Positions 11,291 to 24,829 of a DNA stretch of 64,000 nucleotides are shown here, piece after piece (the first letter of the stretch is position 1; each line of letters opens with the position of its first letter). The stretch covers positions 248,001 to 312,000 of the forward strand of contig JAYWIR010000074.1 in assembly GCA_036172245.1 (NCBI GenBank), written 5' to 3'. The stretch is from Raillietiella orientalis. Taxonomy: Eukaryota. The position numbers and the translations under genes are program-made. The notes under the pieces are model-generated. The model worked only from the letters and a program-made list of their open reading frames with translations, did no database searches and was not told where the DNA came from.

Positions 11291-13941
11291 TTGAGATTCC
11301 GGAGGATGACTCCTCTTAGGATTTGGCAAGGGTGTTCTTTAGCACCGGAGAGCAGCGTCCAGTCTCCAGGCAGCCGCTACGCCCTGGAAAAAGGTCCTTT
11401 GTCGCGCGGGCATACCTTTACGATGAACCGGGAATGGTCCTACAGCGTCCACGCAACTCTGCCCCGTTTGTTGATCCGCGAGCACAGGTCGGCATCCAGG
11501 AAGACGTGGTCTTTGCTGCGTTCCATTCCCTCCACGTCCGCCAAAAAGTTGCGCGTGCGCATGGCAGCGCACAACTCGTTCGCCGTGCGTTCTTCCGCTT
11601 CGGGCTCACCTGACAGGAGACGGAGATTAAAGTCCTCAGCTTTCAGGTGTGCCTTCCGCACGTTCGTGTCCACCAGCCAGTCGCGCTTCACGGTTTTCAA
11701 CAGCCTGGTACAGTGACTGTATCCCTTTTTTCCTTTGGAGGCGTACACATTCGTGACGATCAGAACGATCGAATCAAACCAGCTGAGAATCATCTGAGCG
11801 ACCCGACCGTCGTCATGGAAGCGCATTATCTTCACGGCAGCGTCGATGGCCGGCTTTACGAAGAACGCCACTCCGCAGATGTTGCGGGCGCCGCATCACT
11901 TCTACATCTGATTTCCGCGATCGACTCGATCTCTTGGACGTCTGCCGCGGAGATCACGAGGATCTCTTGCAGCGGGGCCAGGTCAAGCTCACGCAGGGTG
12001 TCGTCTGTATCTCGCCTGTTACCGTCGACGCGCCGCTTGTTGACATTCCAACACGCCGCGCGAATCCGACGGCGACTTGTTAGCCCAGGTGTTACTCCTG
12101 GGAAAGTGAGAGTGCGGCGTCCGCTATTTGCTCGGGCGGGACGCAAGGTGGAGGAAGAGGGTCAGGTGCTGAAGGCACCTGGTCCCCCTCCACCATGGGT
12201 AACTGCGCGTCGAGCGAGACACCTACAGGTGGGGTCGCGCTTACCTGATCGCCCTTCTCCATGGGGGCGGGCTGTTCAGGTTCGGCGACGGCAGGGAGAA
12301 CTTCGTGATCTGCTAACGCTCCTCCTTGGGGGTGGCCGGCTCGACGGCTTCCCGGCGTGGGAGTTCCCCCTCCGCAATTCCCTCGCCGTTGACGTCTTCC
12401 GTCTTGTCCTCCTCGCTGGGGAAGGAGAGGCGCCTCCTGGGCTTCTGAAACTTGCGTCCCGGCTTCCTGGTGGGTGCCTCCGAGGAGGAAGATGCACTTC
12501 CACCGCCTAGGTCGCACTCCCCTTTGGAGACCTTCTTCGGCGAAGCCGGCCTCCGCTCGGCCTTGCGTGAGGGGTTCTCACGCTAAACCAGCGTGGCCGT
12601 GAGCTTCTCCGCCGCCTTCGTGGAGGCGGCGTCCTTGCCGGCGGCGAGCGTATCGCGCGTCTCGCCCTATGTGTAAACAGACGGTTAGCCGTCGCGAACC
12701 TCGGGCTCGGCGGAAACGGCGATGAAAGGCTCGTCGCCCCGGATGGCAGCCTCGGGAATGCTGACGCGCTCCAGTGCCACCGCGCACTCGCGGAGGGTTT
12801 TTGAGAGCGGCCCGGGCTTTTTCGCCTTCCCGGCAGTCTTCTTTTACGCGTTTCTCCCCTTTTATTCTCTAAACCCCTTTTTGGGCTCTTTCCTGGGCGT
12901 AACCAGTTTCCATCCTACCTCCACTTCTGCTCTTTTGGGAGTGTTTTCCTCCGATGCCTGTGCGGCAGGAAGGGAGGCTGGCGGCTGGGAGCGGCCAATT
13001 TCAGGTTTGGGTTTTCCGGCCAGCTTTCCTTGTTTTCCCTGGGCCTTTTTGGCAGCAAAGGGCAATGGGATGAAGCGCTTAAGGCACACGCGGCGAACGT
13101 GCATCTTCTGTTTGCATATTCGGCATACAATATTTGGGCACCGCTTGCGCAAGTGCCTTACTACATTACAGTAGCCAGAGTTGCGGGGTTTTCCAACCCA
13201 CCAGAGCTCCGCCGGTTCTTAGCAGACCTCCAGTTTGTTAGGTAGCTCACCACCATTTTTGTCGGTGACACGCGCTGTGGCCTGGCCTCCCAAAAGGGTA
13301 TTATAGCCGTTAAAAATGGTATGCTTCGGCCACAACGCGTGCACATCTCCGTGCTTACTCAATTCCTCACCAATCGCAGAGAGAGTCATGCGGCTGATGA
13401 TCCCGGTAAGATGGACCACCACGGAGGGGTCCATCGTCACCTGCAAGATCTTGCGTCCATCAGCGATCAAGGGGTCGGTGATCATATGCTGTGTCAACGT
13501 AATATCCTTGTAGACTACCTCGATGCGCTGATCCCCTCTGAGGACGGAGAGGCCCTCAAGATCTTGTTCCAGCACGTTCGCAGACTGCAGCTCCTTCGTG
13601 AAGGAACGTGCAGTCTTTCCATCTAACAGGTTGCCTTCCTTGTGGACAAATGAAGGCTTTTACCCGCCGGCCCTGTATGCAGCATTTTCTGCCATGGTTT
13701 CCGCCCTAGACGCGGTCTCCATGGCGCTCCTACTTCTCGCATTAGGCGACGAGGGTGATTCTTGGGCGGATGCCCCTGATTCTGTATGCCGTGAGGGCGA
13801 ACTAGCCTTCCCCACGCCTACCGCCATCGTGGTGTCCTCTGGCCGAGATGCCTTCGGACACCAACGATGTGAAAGACACACACTCCACAAACGAATCTCC
13901 TTTCCGAGACTCGTCGAAGGACCACCGGAAAAACACGTCCT
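11291..13941 (-). mobile_element. Copy F: 5' arm (5' UTR, ORF1, APE up to ILRGVILRNL); probably the inverted 5' part of F+G
   Basis: GGACGTGT at 13933-13940 (minus strand). ORF1 with CRICKQKMHVRRVC; TAACA junction at ~12090; CWNVN, NVYAS, DFN, KDHVFLD. Confidence 0.92.
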
Positions 13942-16836
13942 TCCGTTACGAAAGAGCGTACTTCTATGGCCGTCGTTAAGCGAGCACCCCCAATGTCCGT
14001 CGCCTTGCAGAGTAACGAGCCAAGGTCGAACGCCAAGCCTGGCAATCCGGGTCGGCCAGCTTGCTAGACAACCAGGGCCGAGTGCACCCGGCTCCGGCTA
14101 GAATACGGCACCTTGTGCGGTGTTACTATTCCTCCCTTTACGCCAGATCGCCCCCGTACCAAGATGCCTTTCGGCGCTTGCTTCCGGATGGTGCCCCGGC
14201 AATAGGGGAGGAAAAGGAATGCATCGACGAGCCTTTTACCACCTGAGAAATTCTCGCCGGTATCAAAAGGCTTTAGAGGCGAAAAGCTCCAGAAGAAGAT
14301 GGTTTGCCCGCGGAGTTCTTTTAGAGCTTCGCAGAAGAGCTGGCACCCCTGCTGCTTCAGCTGACAAGGCTTATCCGAAACGAAGGCGGTGTACCCGCCT
14401 CGTTTCGGTCAGCCAGATTGAGGCTTCTTCCGAAAGAAGGAGACCTCAGGAAACTCAGGAACTGGCGTCCGATCACAATTGTGAATACGGACGCCAAGCT
14501 GATCGCCGGACTGTGAGCTTCGCGTCTAGGGCAGGTGGCCAATTCCATGATTAGCCCGGAGCAGAATTACGCTGCTTCCGGGCGAAGTATGGAGGACAAC
14601 CTGTTCTTCACGAGCACATGGTTTCATGTGCAGAGTAGTAATGAGGAAGAGGGAATGATTGGCAGCCCCGCTTCGGGGGCATCAGTCGGACAGGCATGGG
14701 ACACTAAGGTAGGTAAGGGGGCCCTAGCGATCCAAGTCGATCTGCATAAAGCGTTCGACTGTGTGGAACAGGATCTCCTGCTGGAGCTACTGGGACGCAT
14801 GGGCTACCCTTAATCCCTACTGACCTACCTGCGCTCTTCCTAACGCAGCTTGCTAATTAATACCTCTCCCAGAGGTGAAAAGGCGTACGGCGTGCGGCTA
14901 CGGCGGGGCATACGGCAGGGCGACAGCTTCAGTCCTCTACTCTTTAGCACCTACTTCGAGTTCGTGCTGAGAGCGTATAGGGTAACTTTGGCACCGTTGC
15001 CGAACTCGTGCACCAGCAGGCCTGCCGTAGCAGCGTATGCCAACGATCTTCTGCTCCTGATGCCGATGTCCACCCCGAAGAAGGCGGTCGGGAATTTTTT
15101 CGATTTGCTCAGATGCAGGAACGGACTGCAGGTTAACAGATCGAAGTCTTCGGTGGTGCCAGTTGGTGCGTCGAGGACTGAACAACAGGATTGGGTTTGC
15201 TTGGGGATCCCCACGGGAAGTTGCCTGAAATACCTAAATTTGCGTTAGGGTACTATTCATCTTCGGATGCGTGGTCCGGCTGCCTCCAAAAAGTGAAAAC
15301 GGCGATCGGCCCGTTCTTGGAAGACAAGTTTCTCCTTCCGGAACGGGCCGCGGTATGGAACGCGTTCGCGGCTCCCATCCTCCTCTCCCTACTTTTTGTT
15401 TGCTTCTTCCCTGGAGAGATAAAGAAACGGACGTAGGACCTCCTGAGATCTGCCTTTGGGGAAGAGGGAGACCTCGAGTCCCGTTGAAGGACTTGTGTGC
15501 TCCACGTCGGTATGGCGGTCTCGGCCTCTTGACGTTGGAGCGAGTACAGATTCAGCTTGATGTCGAACTCTCTCCATCGCAGCGAAGTTATGGAGCACCC
15601 CTTGGTGCGTTTCGCCCCGACTCCTTGCCAGCCGTGTATCCAGGACGGAGGGTCTCGAGTCCTATCTTCTGTGCCATGGCTCGAAGTTCAAGAGATGCGA
15701 CCTTCTTCTGGGACGCATGGGAACTCTGGCTAAGGAAAACGGCTGGATGGTATGCAGTGCTGCCAACTCCTCCCCATGGCTGGAGGAGACAGCTGGCACG
15801 TGGGCGAGGACCAATTAGAATGATGAAAAGATGTGGAACTGCCTGCGACGCGGCGCCTATTCCCGCTGCACTCTGCGGAAGATACTCCAGTGTCCCGCGA
15901 GAAGCACGTGGGCAGAGACAACCCCCCTAGCTCCGGCGATGCCCTTTCTGAGGAGGGCGCTCTCCAGCAGCCGCAAGCCTAGGTGGCAAGCCTCCTGCAG
16001 CATCGCAGGCAAGAAGTTGATCAGCGGCTGGTCCACGGGTGAACTGGCGGACGCCAGTACCCCTAGTGTCCAACCCAGAGGACTAAAGAGATGGGGCGAG
16101 CTGCTCGGCATCCAGCCGGATGACCTGAAGTGGCCCCTGGTATTCATTAATTTGAGGATCCTCCTTTGGTGTGGGAGTAGTCGGCGCTTCTGTTGTTGCA
16201 TTGGGACATACGCTGCAACGCACGCCGCCACTATTGGACCAGGGGTCGAGTGGATCCTGCCTGCATCAGGTGTGGGGAGCGGCAAACCCTCCCCCACCTC
16301 CTTGTTGATTGTGCTGCCCTCTGACCCCTGCGGGAACGTCTTCGTGCCTCCCTACGGATCCAGGAGGGCAGCCAGCCCAGAGACGTTTTTCGGCTTTTGT
16401 TCGTGCAGGATGCCCTGCGACCAGATGCAGCCCTGGCAGCACTCTGCTGCGTCCGAGGAGTTGTGACGTGCTGGAGCGACGTCAGAAGACCGAGCCACGA
16501 CAGGGATGCCGTCGTACTTGCAGTCCGCTACCTGCGGATTACGACCAGATGGCCCCACCTGGGAACCATACGGACGTACCTCGAGGGCATCCTGCAAAGG
16601 ATGGACCCTCCTCCCAATGGTCAGTGATCCCTCCCCAACAGTCTGGAATCTTATTGCTTTTTATGTTTTATTTTTCCTTTTGTTTTTCCTTCCACCCCAT
16701 TTGCTGCTGAGGAGAGTCGCGTGGATCTGCGTACTGACATCCCGGAAGTATTGTTGAGTATACCGTAGTGAGGCTACCTACCACTAATTGTAGAGAATAT
16801 ATAATAAACGCCTCGGCGTGACCGGCTGGCAACTGG
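13942..16836 (+). mobile_element. Copy G: 3' part (linker, RT, C-terminus, 3' UTR), subfamily 1; degenerate
   Basis: Starts RYERAYFYGRR*; NWRPITIVNTDAKL, DLHKAFD, RQGDSFSPLLF, AYANDLL. CAGTGATCCC at ~16622. 3' motif at 16803-16826 followed by TGGCAAC x2. Confidence 0.92.
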
Positions 16837-17094
16837 CAACTTGGCGTCCGTGTTTATGATCGTGATCGGACTCCAGTTCTTTAAATCTCTGAGATCTCCA
16901 CCTTTCGGAAGGAGCCTTACTCTGGCTGACCGAAACGAGGCGGGAACATCGCCGTCGTCTCGGATCAGCCTTATCAACTGGAGCAGCAGGGGTGCCAGCT
17001 CTTTCGCGAAGCTCTGAAAGAACTCCGCGGGAAAGCCGTCTTCCCCTGGAGCTTTACGCCTCTTGAGCCTTCTGGTACCGGCGAGAATTTCGTT
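16837..17094 (-). mobile_element. Copy H: short RT N-terminal fragment
   Basis: EILAGTRRLKRRKAPGEDGFPAEFF...RLLPKGGDLRDLKNWSPITIINTDAKL. Confidence 0.9.
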
Positions 17095-19310
17095 GCTGAT
17101 GTGCCATCCGCATATGCTGTAGCATTTATTGATCTAATCTTTACAGAATTAGTTAATGAAGTCATTGAACAGTTTGTTGGGATAAAACACTTGAGTTTCC
17201 CACGCTAGCAGACATGTCGGGAGCCGGTGCCTGGACCGGCAAGGTCCTCTCCCGAGACGTAAAGGAATGGGAAACTGAAACAAAAAGAGAAATGATGGGG
17301 AGGGAAACAGTTATATGGGGGAGTGAGGGGCAGGGAAGAGATCACTGTTTGCCTGGGTTGGGCCTCGGCTTCCTATTCAGGATGCAGACAAGTTCTGTTC
17401 TTCTAGTGGGAGGTAGACACCACCATTTCGCCGTCTCCTAAGAGATCGTCGTCCAGTAAATGGCGTCCTTGCATCTTGGGCCTCTTCATATTGCGTGCCA
17501 GGTTTGCACGATGCGGCGCACCCAGCAGACGATTCGTAGAGATGTAGCGGGGCGCAGGCCGTCACGCAGAAAGAGACAACGGAAAGCTTCCATCGGGTCG
17601 CCTTCTGGAAGATTAAGGATTGCTTGATTCGACTCCAGAGTCCAACCAGAGCGTTACACTCGAGGGTAAAATGCGGGAAGGTTTTCCTTTCAGAGTACTC
17701 GACACAGCGTGCATCTACATTCCCCAGTGTTTAGTGAGACAGGCATGATCTGCTTAACAGTCCCCAGTGCAGAAATAGCAACGACGTCTCCTGCCACTTT
17801 AATGGGAGAGTGCCGCAATCCAAACATGCTGAGGGCCACTTCACCTCCTCCGGAAGTATACCGAGCAGCTCTCCCCAGCGCACAAGTCCGTGAAGCGGGA
17901 CGTTCGGGATGACGGCGTCCGTTAGCTCCCGATTCGTTCACGCCTTTAAAGGTCTCCTCCTGCCTCGGATGAAGCAGGATACTTTCCAGGATGCTCCCTC
18001 GTTGCTGCTCCTTATGTTCTCCAGGGAGCACAGCACGGGAGCAATTAGAGTAAACGGAGCCCACAAAAGCATCCTAGGCGTGTAGATAATCCCCTTCAGC
18101 GGCTGTCGAGAGTACGTACGTCGACATACGCAGCTGTATTTTGCTCCGCTCGTGTCGTTGATCTAAGCCCACGTTGACACTGACTCCTGGAGCCAGGTAG
18201 TGCAGTTCTAGGGGAGGCAGGAGATCCAAATGTTCTCCCTCATCAGGGCGATGATCTGGCGCGGATGGAAGCCACAGTTTTTGCTGAGGTTGCGCTGGTA
18301 GGCCACGAGGATGTAGGACAATCCTTCGAAGCGGTCTCTAATCTGGCGAGAGGCCATGCAGGTTCGCACGTAGGCAATATCCATAAGCTACTTGGAAGTG
18401 CTTGCTTCCGAAGGTTGATTTGTTTTTCCATGCGCTCCATCGTCAGAAGGCCCAGACCACCGTCCCTGCGTAAAGCGCACAAATCTTTCATTCGGACTCG
18501 CGATATCGCAGTGCCCCAAATGGCGGTCCTCAAAAGGGCCCTGGTCTGTCTATGTACTATGGGAGGGGCGGGGCAAACAGAAAGTAAAGGGCAAAAAAGA
18601 AGGGCTGCGAACGCGTTCCACACTGCAGCTTGCTTCTGCAATTAAAACTTGCAGTTCCAGAACGGGCCCATCGCCAACACCACCTTTTGGAGACGGTCGG
18701 ACCAGGCTTCTGCTTGATAGAGGACGCTCAACAAAACGCCAATTTACTTGAAGCACTTACCCATGGGGATCCCCAAGCGGAACCATTCCGACCGCTCGGC
18801 TTACGCCGTAGTCGAAGGTGTCGAAACAATCATGGATTTTTCCCTCTTCACCTCGAGGCCCGTCCCGCGGCGCAGCAACTCAAATCAATCTTCGAGCGCC
18901 GACGCCGAGGTGAACCCGGGGAGCAGGAGCAGAAGGTCGTCGACGCAGGCCGACTTCGCAGTCGTGCCGGCACACGAGCTCGCCAGGGTTGCCAGAGTCT
19001 GCCTGTATGCCCTTGGCACCAGCTCGATATAGATGCTAAAGAGCAAGGTTTTCAGACTGTCACCAAGTTTTATGCCACGCCGAACCGGCACGCCGTACTC
19101 TTACCGCCCGCTGAAAGTGATGTTGATTAGAGCGAAGCGATAGCAGGAGCGCAGATAAGCCCTGAAGACGGCCAGGAATCCCAAGCGTTCCAGGAGCACC
19201 AAGGGTGTTCCTGGTCAACGCAGACGAACGCTTTACGCAGATCGACTGCGACAGCAAGAGTTACAAGCGCGGCTCCGCCATCTCTTTCCACTGCTTTCTC
19301 ACCCTCGTCA
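17095..19310 (-). mobile_element. Copy I: 3' part (RT to 3' UTR), more decayed
   Basis: LAVAVDLRKAF, RRGIKLGDSL, ACVDDLL, RRDGGLGLL. CAGTGATC at ~17340. AATAAA at 17125-17130 (minus strand). Confidence 0.85.
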
Positions 19311-19630
19311 GACAAGCGATATTGAAAAATGCGCCGTGATTCATATGTCGTGGCGGAAACCCAACCGTTTCGGGGTCAGGGCCGTTTTCAGTGGGCGTGT
19401 CCCTAAACGCGTGACTTCGCGCAATGGTTCCCAACTTCCCCACAAACTCCAGCTCGGAGGCGAGTTCGTCGACGTCAGGTGAGTTGGTAAACCAAAGTTT
19501 TGCGGGATTCGAAAGACATTCGGGCATCTCAAAAAAAGATGCCTGGACGCACTATGCCCCACTTGTGGCGAGAAGGGTCATACCAAAGTGGTGTGCCCAA
19601 AGAACGTCGCTTCGTCACCGTCGAAATCTT
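19311..19630 (+). mobile_element. ORF1 fragment with two zinc knuckles, head-to-head with copy I
   Basis: LPHKLQLGGEFVDVR*VGKPKFCGIRKTFGHLKKRC...CPTCGEKGHTKVVCPK matches ORF1 at 60.6-60.8 kb. Confidence 0.85.
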
Positions 19631-19749
19631 CCCTAGAAAATAAGGAATTCTTACTTTGCCGTAAAGTTGGCATTAAAGAATGCACAAAAGAAAGAAAAAA
19701 TCAAAGTTTTCTTTACAGAATGGATTTGAACATTTCAAGTTGAAAAGCA

Positions 19750-20460
19750 ATTTTTATTCAAGCAAGGATACCCAGAAATTCAGACTCGTGTTCTTCTGGA
19801 TCAATCTACCTAAAATTTTGACTTTGCAGCGGAGCGTGTTCATGTCTATGTGAAGATTGGTGAAAGGGGTATCGGTGGTGCTGAGAAAGTAAGTGAAGTT
19901 ACCGGTGGCCTGGTTCTGGTTGCGAGGATGAAAAATGAACAGTTGGTGTATTGATATCAAACGCATTTTTGTACATAAAGAGGTTTGGGTAGAAAAGCTG
20001 TAAGCTTGAATAAGTCCTACAGTTACTTCTATGGCATCAAGTGGAAATTAGAATATGAGGATGATGGGACCATTTAAGAATGCCTAGGAGAGAATTTTTA
20101 CCGTGGAGGTGATGATGTAACCATGTGGGTTGAATTTCGAGATTTGTGCTTCTATGAGTGAAGGGAGAGGAAATGATGTGTTTCGTTTCCAGGTTGCGTG
20201 CATTGGATTAGCCAGATTCAAGAAATGTGATGGATGGAGATAGTTGTATGGAAGGTCGCAATGGGATGGTGAATCAGAAAAATCCGGGGAGGAGAGTAGG
20301 TGCTGAGAATGTTGATGGTGCTGGTGACTGGAGACAAGAGGGTCAAAAACAGAGCAACGAAGAGATTGGGAGATAATTCAGAGAAGTCATCGGAAAGAAG
20401 AATCGCTAAGAGATTGCCTCTGCTCACCTCAGTGGTGTACGCAGGGCTCACGAAAACTTG
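19750..20460 (-). mobile_element. Possible decayed APE endonuclease relic of an unrelated AT-rich LINE
   Basis: RGNLLAILL...INILSTYSPP followed by G*SNARN resembles the GGVAIL / IYSPP / GDFNA motifs. Seen by eye only. Confidence 0.35.
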
Positions 20461-23400
20461 TCATCGCCCCTAGAATTTTCAGAAGGCAATAACTTGATGA
20501 TAAGGAATGGGTTTATGCCGTCGTAATCCACCAAAATTTTTCCCAACTACTTCCTCTAGAAACACATTCGTTTCGAGAATTCTCTCAATTCATCGTGAAA
20601 ACGCCTACGTTGCATCATCTGTAGGAAGTGTGGAAGCTCGAGCAGACATGCTTGCAATGTCTTAGCTGCATGATCGGTAGGAAAGCTTGCACGTTTCAAG
20701 TAAAAACTCGCCTCGGGAACATATCATTGCAAGAACTGAGGTGCCTGTTGCAGTAGCCTGGCTCAGTCGTCGTCATTTTCCGAGTGTTGTTTTCAAACCT
20801 GGCTCCGAACACATGAGATTACTGGAGACGCCTCCTGAAGTTTATATTCACCCACAGTTCTGAGAGTACAAGTTTGAGAGTACACTTCTGAGACACAAGT
20901 TGCAACATTAGCGTTTCTCGTATCAGTTCACTTAATTTCGGAGATGCTCGGCAGCAGTGCAGAGACTTCAGTGCTTCTGCATTGCGGATGTTATTCTAGT
21001 TTGTCGGTTTCTCTCCCTTCCATTCATTCATTCTTCGTTAGTTGCTTGCCTCAGGTTGCAGATTCTTGAAACTCACCCATCGCTGCGTGTGCTTTACAAC
21101 GGCGAAGCCTGGAGTTCGCTCCCCGTTCATCGAGCAATGCGCTGTGCTTCTGCAGAGGAATATCCTTGTAGGGAGCCATCAGTTAAACCCATATGCATAG
21201 CATTCAGTAACAGTACTGATTTCTGTGCATGAACAGGTCAGATGATCAGATGACATTTGACTCGCACGCACCGAGCTTGCGACCTGGCTTTAATGTGTGC
21301 ACTGCAATTCGTGAGGACAAGAAACGAAAGACACGGACCTGGTGGTCTTACGTTTGAAAGCTCTGCGGATTGATGGGCGTCTTTGATGGTTACTCTATTT
21401 TAGGAAATGGGAATAAATGAGAACGGAAAACTGTTTATTTCTTCACTACAAAGAAAAAAATGATAAGTCTTTCTCTCATTATCAGTTGCTTGCATGGGAT
21501 TCTTTGGGAGCGTACTCTACGAGGTTGACACGAAAGGAAGAACCTGGCGTGAATTCCAGCCAGCATGAGGAGTGTTTATTGAAACTGCACGTTACACTGA
21601 ACGGAGTTAATATTGACATGTGATCGTCCAACTCCATGTGGGAACTGAAATAAATAAAGTTAGGGTTATAATGAAAAACATGAACTTTGAAAGAGAAGGC
21701 TCTCTATAAATGGTAGTTTGGGAGCTTTCATTCCGTGAATTCTGTGAACGCAATGGATGATTCTCATGAGAAGTTTGGATTTGGGCTTTAGCATTTGGAT
21801 CTATGAAACTATGTTGAAATCGAGAAAAATCGTAATATGCAGTTTGCCACCCGGTGTCACGCAATCAGGTTGATAATCGTTGCGAGGCTCCATTGCCTTG
21901 CGAGTTTATCAAAGGTGATATACAAATCACGAAAAGACAGCATCGTTGATCATCGACATTCTTTAATGGCTTTCAAAATGCGGAACATGGAAAGCTTTGA
22001 GTTGCGCATTCCTCCTGTGATGAAAATAGCATGCAGACGCAGGACAGAAGTTCTTATTCGGATTGCATCTCGTATTTGTTAGGAAATATCAATGCAAATG
22101 GGGTGAAGCGAAGTCCATTTTTCGATGCTGAAATGGAGACGTCTCTTACCCAATTTTACGTGAGAATATGCAAGAAGTGTAACAGGGAGTTCCCATTAAG
22201 GAGACTTCAACATACTGCGGGAATCCGTCGTCAGTCTGAAAAATCCGATATGGCATTTCTCAGAGCGTATTGTCATCTTACCGTGAAATCGATCGAGCAT
22301 TTTTCGTCACGGTATGTCCTCCATACATTAGGTCCCCATCGTAGCGTGCAAGCATCCATAGACTTATTTCGTGTTTCGTGGATTCTCATTGCACAGTTTC
22401 CAGTGAAATTCCGAAATATCAAATGATCCCAGTTCTCGTTGGCTTTTAGACTGTTTGCGGCAGACATGCTGATTGCCAAGAAAAGAACTACGGCCTGCAG
22501 AAGCAGCTGAAACGCATCATTTATCTCTTTGCAAAGTCTTCCAACATGTTGCATGAACCATGGAAGGATTTACGGTTCGGGTTATCAGAAGAACTCAATT
22601 GCCATGCCCCCCTTGATTCCCTACGCGCGTGGGAGTCTTCGACGGAGACAAAGAACCTTTATTCGCATTGCAGCCCAGCGGTTGCACCTCAGCAACGCAA
22701 GGATTTTAGCTAAGACATCCACTTTTTCGTCCCTGCACTTCCGAGTCTGCTACGCACCCATCCCGGAATGCACCTTCCTCACAGAACCCTTTGATGTTTT
22801 GCGTTTCACTGGTAAGGCGTTTCGAGCATCGGACTGCTGGGCTATGAATCTGCTTGTCGTGATGGCTTACCTTCTTCAGTATTGGTCCCGTGAGTGCACC
22901 TTCGACATTAGCCACAGACATCAATAAGAAACGCCCTTAAACACACTTCTAGCTCACGGTGATGCAAGAGATTAACAAAGATGAGCTTAGCCCGCATCTC
23001 ACGGTGCTACCTCTGAGTAGTGGCAACGCGCGCGCCGCGGATCTTGAAACGGTTTGGAAAACCAATCCAAAAATAAGGAGAGAGCTGTAACCTGTAACGA
23101 ATCGCGGTTGGCAACCCTGAAAGTAGGAGCCTTTGACTGCGCAAGCATCTCAAGATGCAGGCCGAGGAGCATGGATTTGCCCTCTTTCTGTCGTTCAGGA
23201 GGGAAGGAGGAGGACAAACAGTCGACCAGCCGAAGCTGCGCTTCCATGCGCTCGTTGCACTGAAGAGTGGCCAGGAGGGTTTTTTCCGTCCGCCTGACTG
23301 AAGAGTAAGGAATACGAAAGACTCTCACCATGCGAATCCTCGGAAGAAACATTTCGTTTGATTTCTTGTGCACTGCCTTCGGATGCCTGCTGGAGAATCC

Positions 23401-24829
23401 GATGACGCCACGTACACTGGAAAGGTGAACTGAGAAGTGTGAGCTCTTTCCAGAGAATAAATGAAGATTTCGCCGATGTACAAGTGTTTCCGGCTACACG
23501 ACTAGGTCATCTCACATGCAATTATCTCGAAATGCATAAGCCTAGACGCAAGTGCTGAAAAAGAAAACCGGCGTCATCTTCAAAGATGTCAATCACATTT
23601 TCTAAGATGTGTTTGTTCTTTGCTACAGAGAATTCTCGCAAATGTTTCAGGTCCACAGCTGCAATTTGCTGCGCAGTTGGTCAACATTTATATTAGCGTG
23701 GTCTATGCACAGCACTGTTCTCACACGTTCCGTGAAAGCAGCACCTCATTCACAGCACTCCCGAATAGAAGGTGAGCAGCGGACGAGGGGATTTCTCCCT
23801 AACGTAGAGAGAACATGTGTTTTCCAGATATGCGTATTTTGTCGTGCATCACATAGATTTTGAAGATTCTACTGTTTCGGAATTACTTTAGCAGATTTGC
23901 TTCGCTGAATGAGATTGCGGGGAAAGAAGCGAATCACCCTGTATTGAGATCCGCTTCCTTTGTGCCCACATGCAGTTACTTCAGAGACATCGAAATGTTC
24001 TTCAAAGCACACAATATAACAAGCAAGTCAATCTACCGTAAGGCCTTACGTTAAAAGGAGTCCTTCGTACTTCTAGCTCTTGCTGAGCCAGGTCTTCTTT
24101 GAACAGGAGCAGACCAAGTGCTGCGCAGACCGAAGTGATAAATAGCTTCTCCGTCGGGACTTCCTCGATGGATTGATGATTCTTCTCGATGACCAGTGAC
24201 CACTCGAGTTTGTTTGTTTTTTCTTCCACCACTTAGGCAAAAGCTTTTCACAGCCCGTCCTGCGCTCAAAGGGAGACGTTCAGCCGGTGGGGTAGTGGTT
24301 CTTCCGAATGATGGGAAGTGCGGAAGGAGCTCAGAGCCGAGGAGCGAGCGAGCTGGCGAGCGCTGCAACTCCACATTCTCGGGCAATGGGATCCGCTTTG
24401 GTGGTTGGGAATGTTGGGTTGTGCTCTATAAGGAGCGCCTTCTCACCAGGTTGTGCCTGAGCCTCCAGCGTGTTTCTCGCCCTCCCTGTGGCCGATACCA
24501 CACGGTGAGCAACGGCTTTTAATTCCAAGAGTGACCTCGATGTCGAAGAGAGGTTCCACATTACGGATGACCCTTGAACGTGAATAGACTCTGATGCAAA
24601 TTTCAACAGTTGAGCCTGACGGATTCCCTGTGGCAAAAATCGTATCGGAGACGTCTCCAGGAGCAGAGGTTGCTACGCCGAGCAGGGATAAAAACATAAG
24701 CTCGCTGATTAGAAGTTTTTTGTCCATGGGTGCAGCAGTTGCCCATAAATACAAGTAGATATGATTTCTAAATCCTTTCTTATTTTGTTCCTTCAAAAAA
24801 TTCAACGTTTTCGTGTGCGCTCGACGAAT

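Noticed and set aside
1760..13960. A and G as one element interrupted by a full-length F...B insertion
   Set aside because: The A end and G start are nearly contiguous on the consensus, but there is no TSD. F and B overlap by ~85 bp with many differences, so they are not two halves of one copy. Not fully excluded.
8952..16840. One large inversion rejoining H (ends DAKL) with E (starts KLLAK)
   Set aside because: H resembles the B/G RT type while E resembles a different type, and the inversion would not explain F's orientation.
21600..23400. Faint RT-like or ORF1-like words in short ORFs (also at ~32.3 kb and ~37.1 kb)
   Set aside because: They are too degenerate to support without a profile search.
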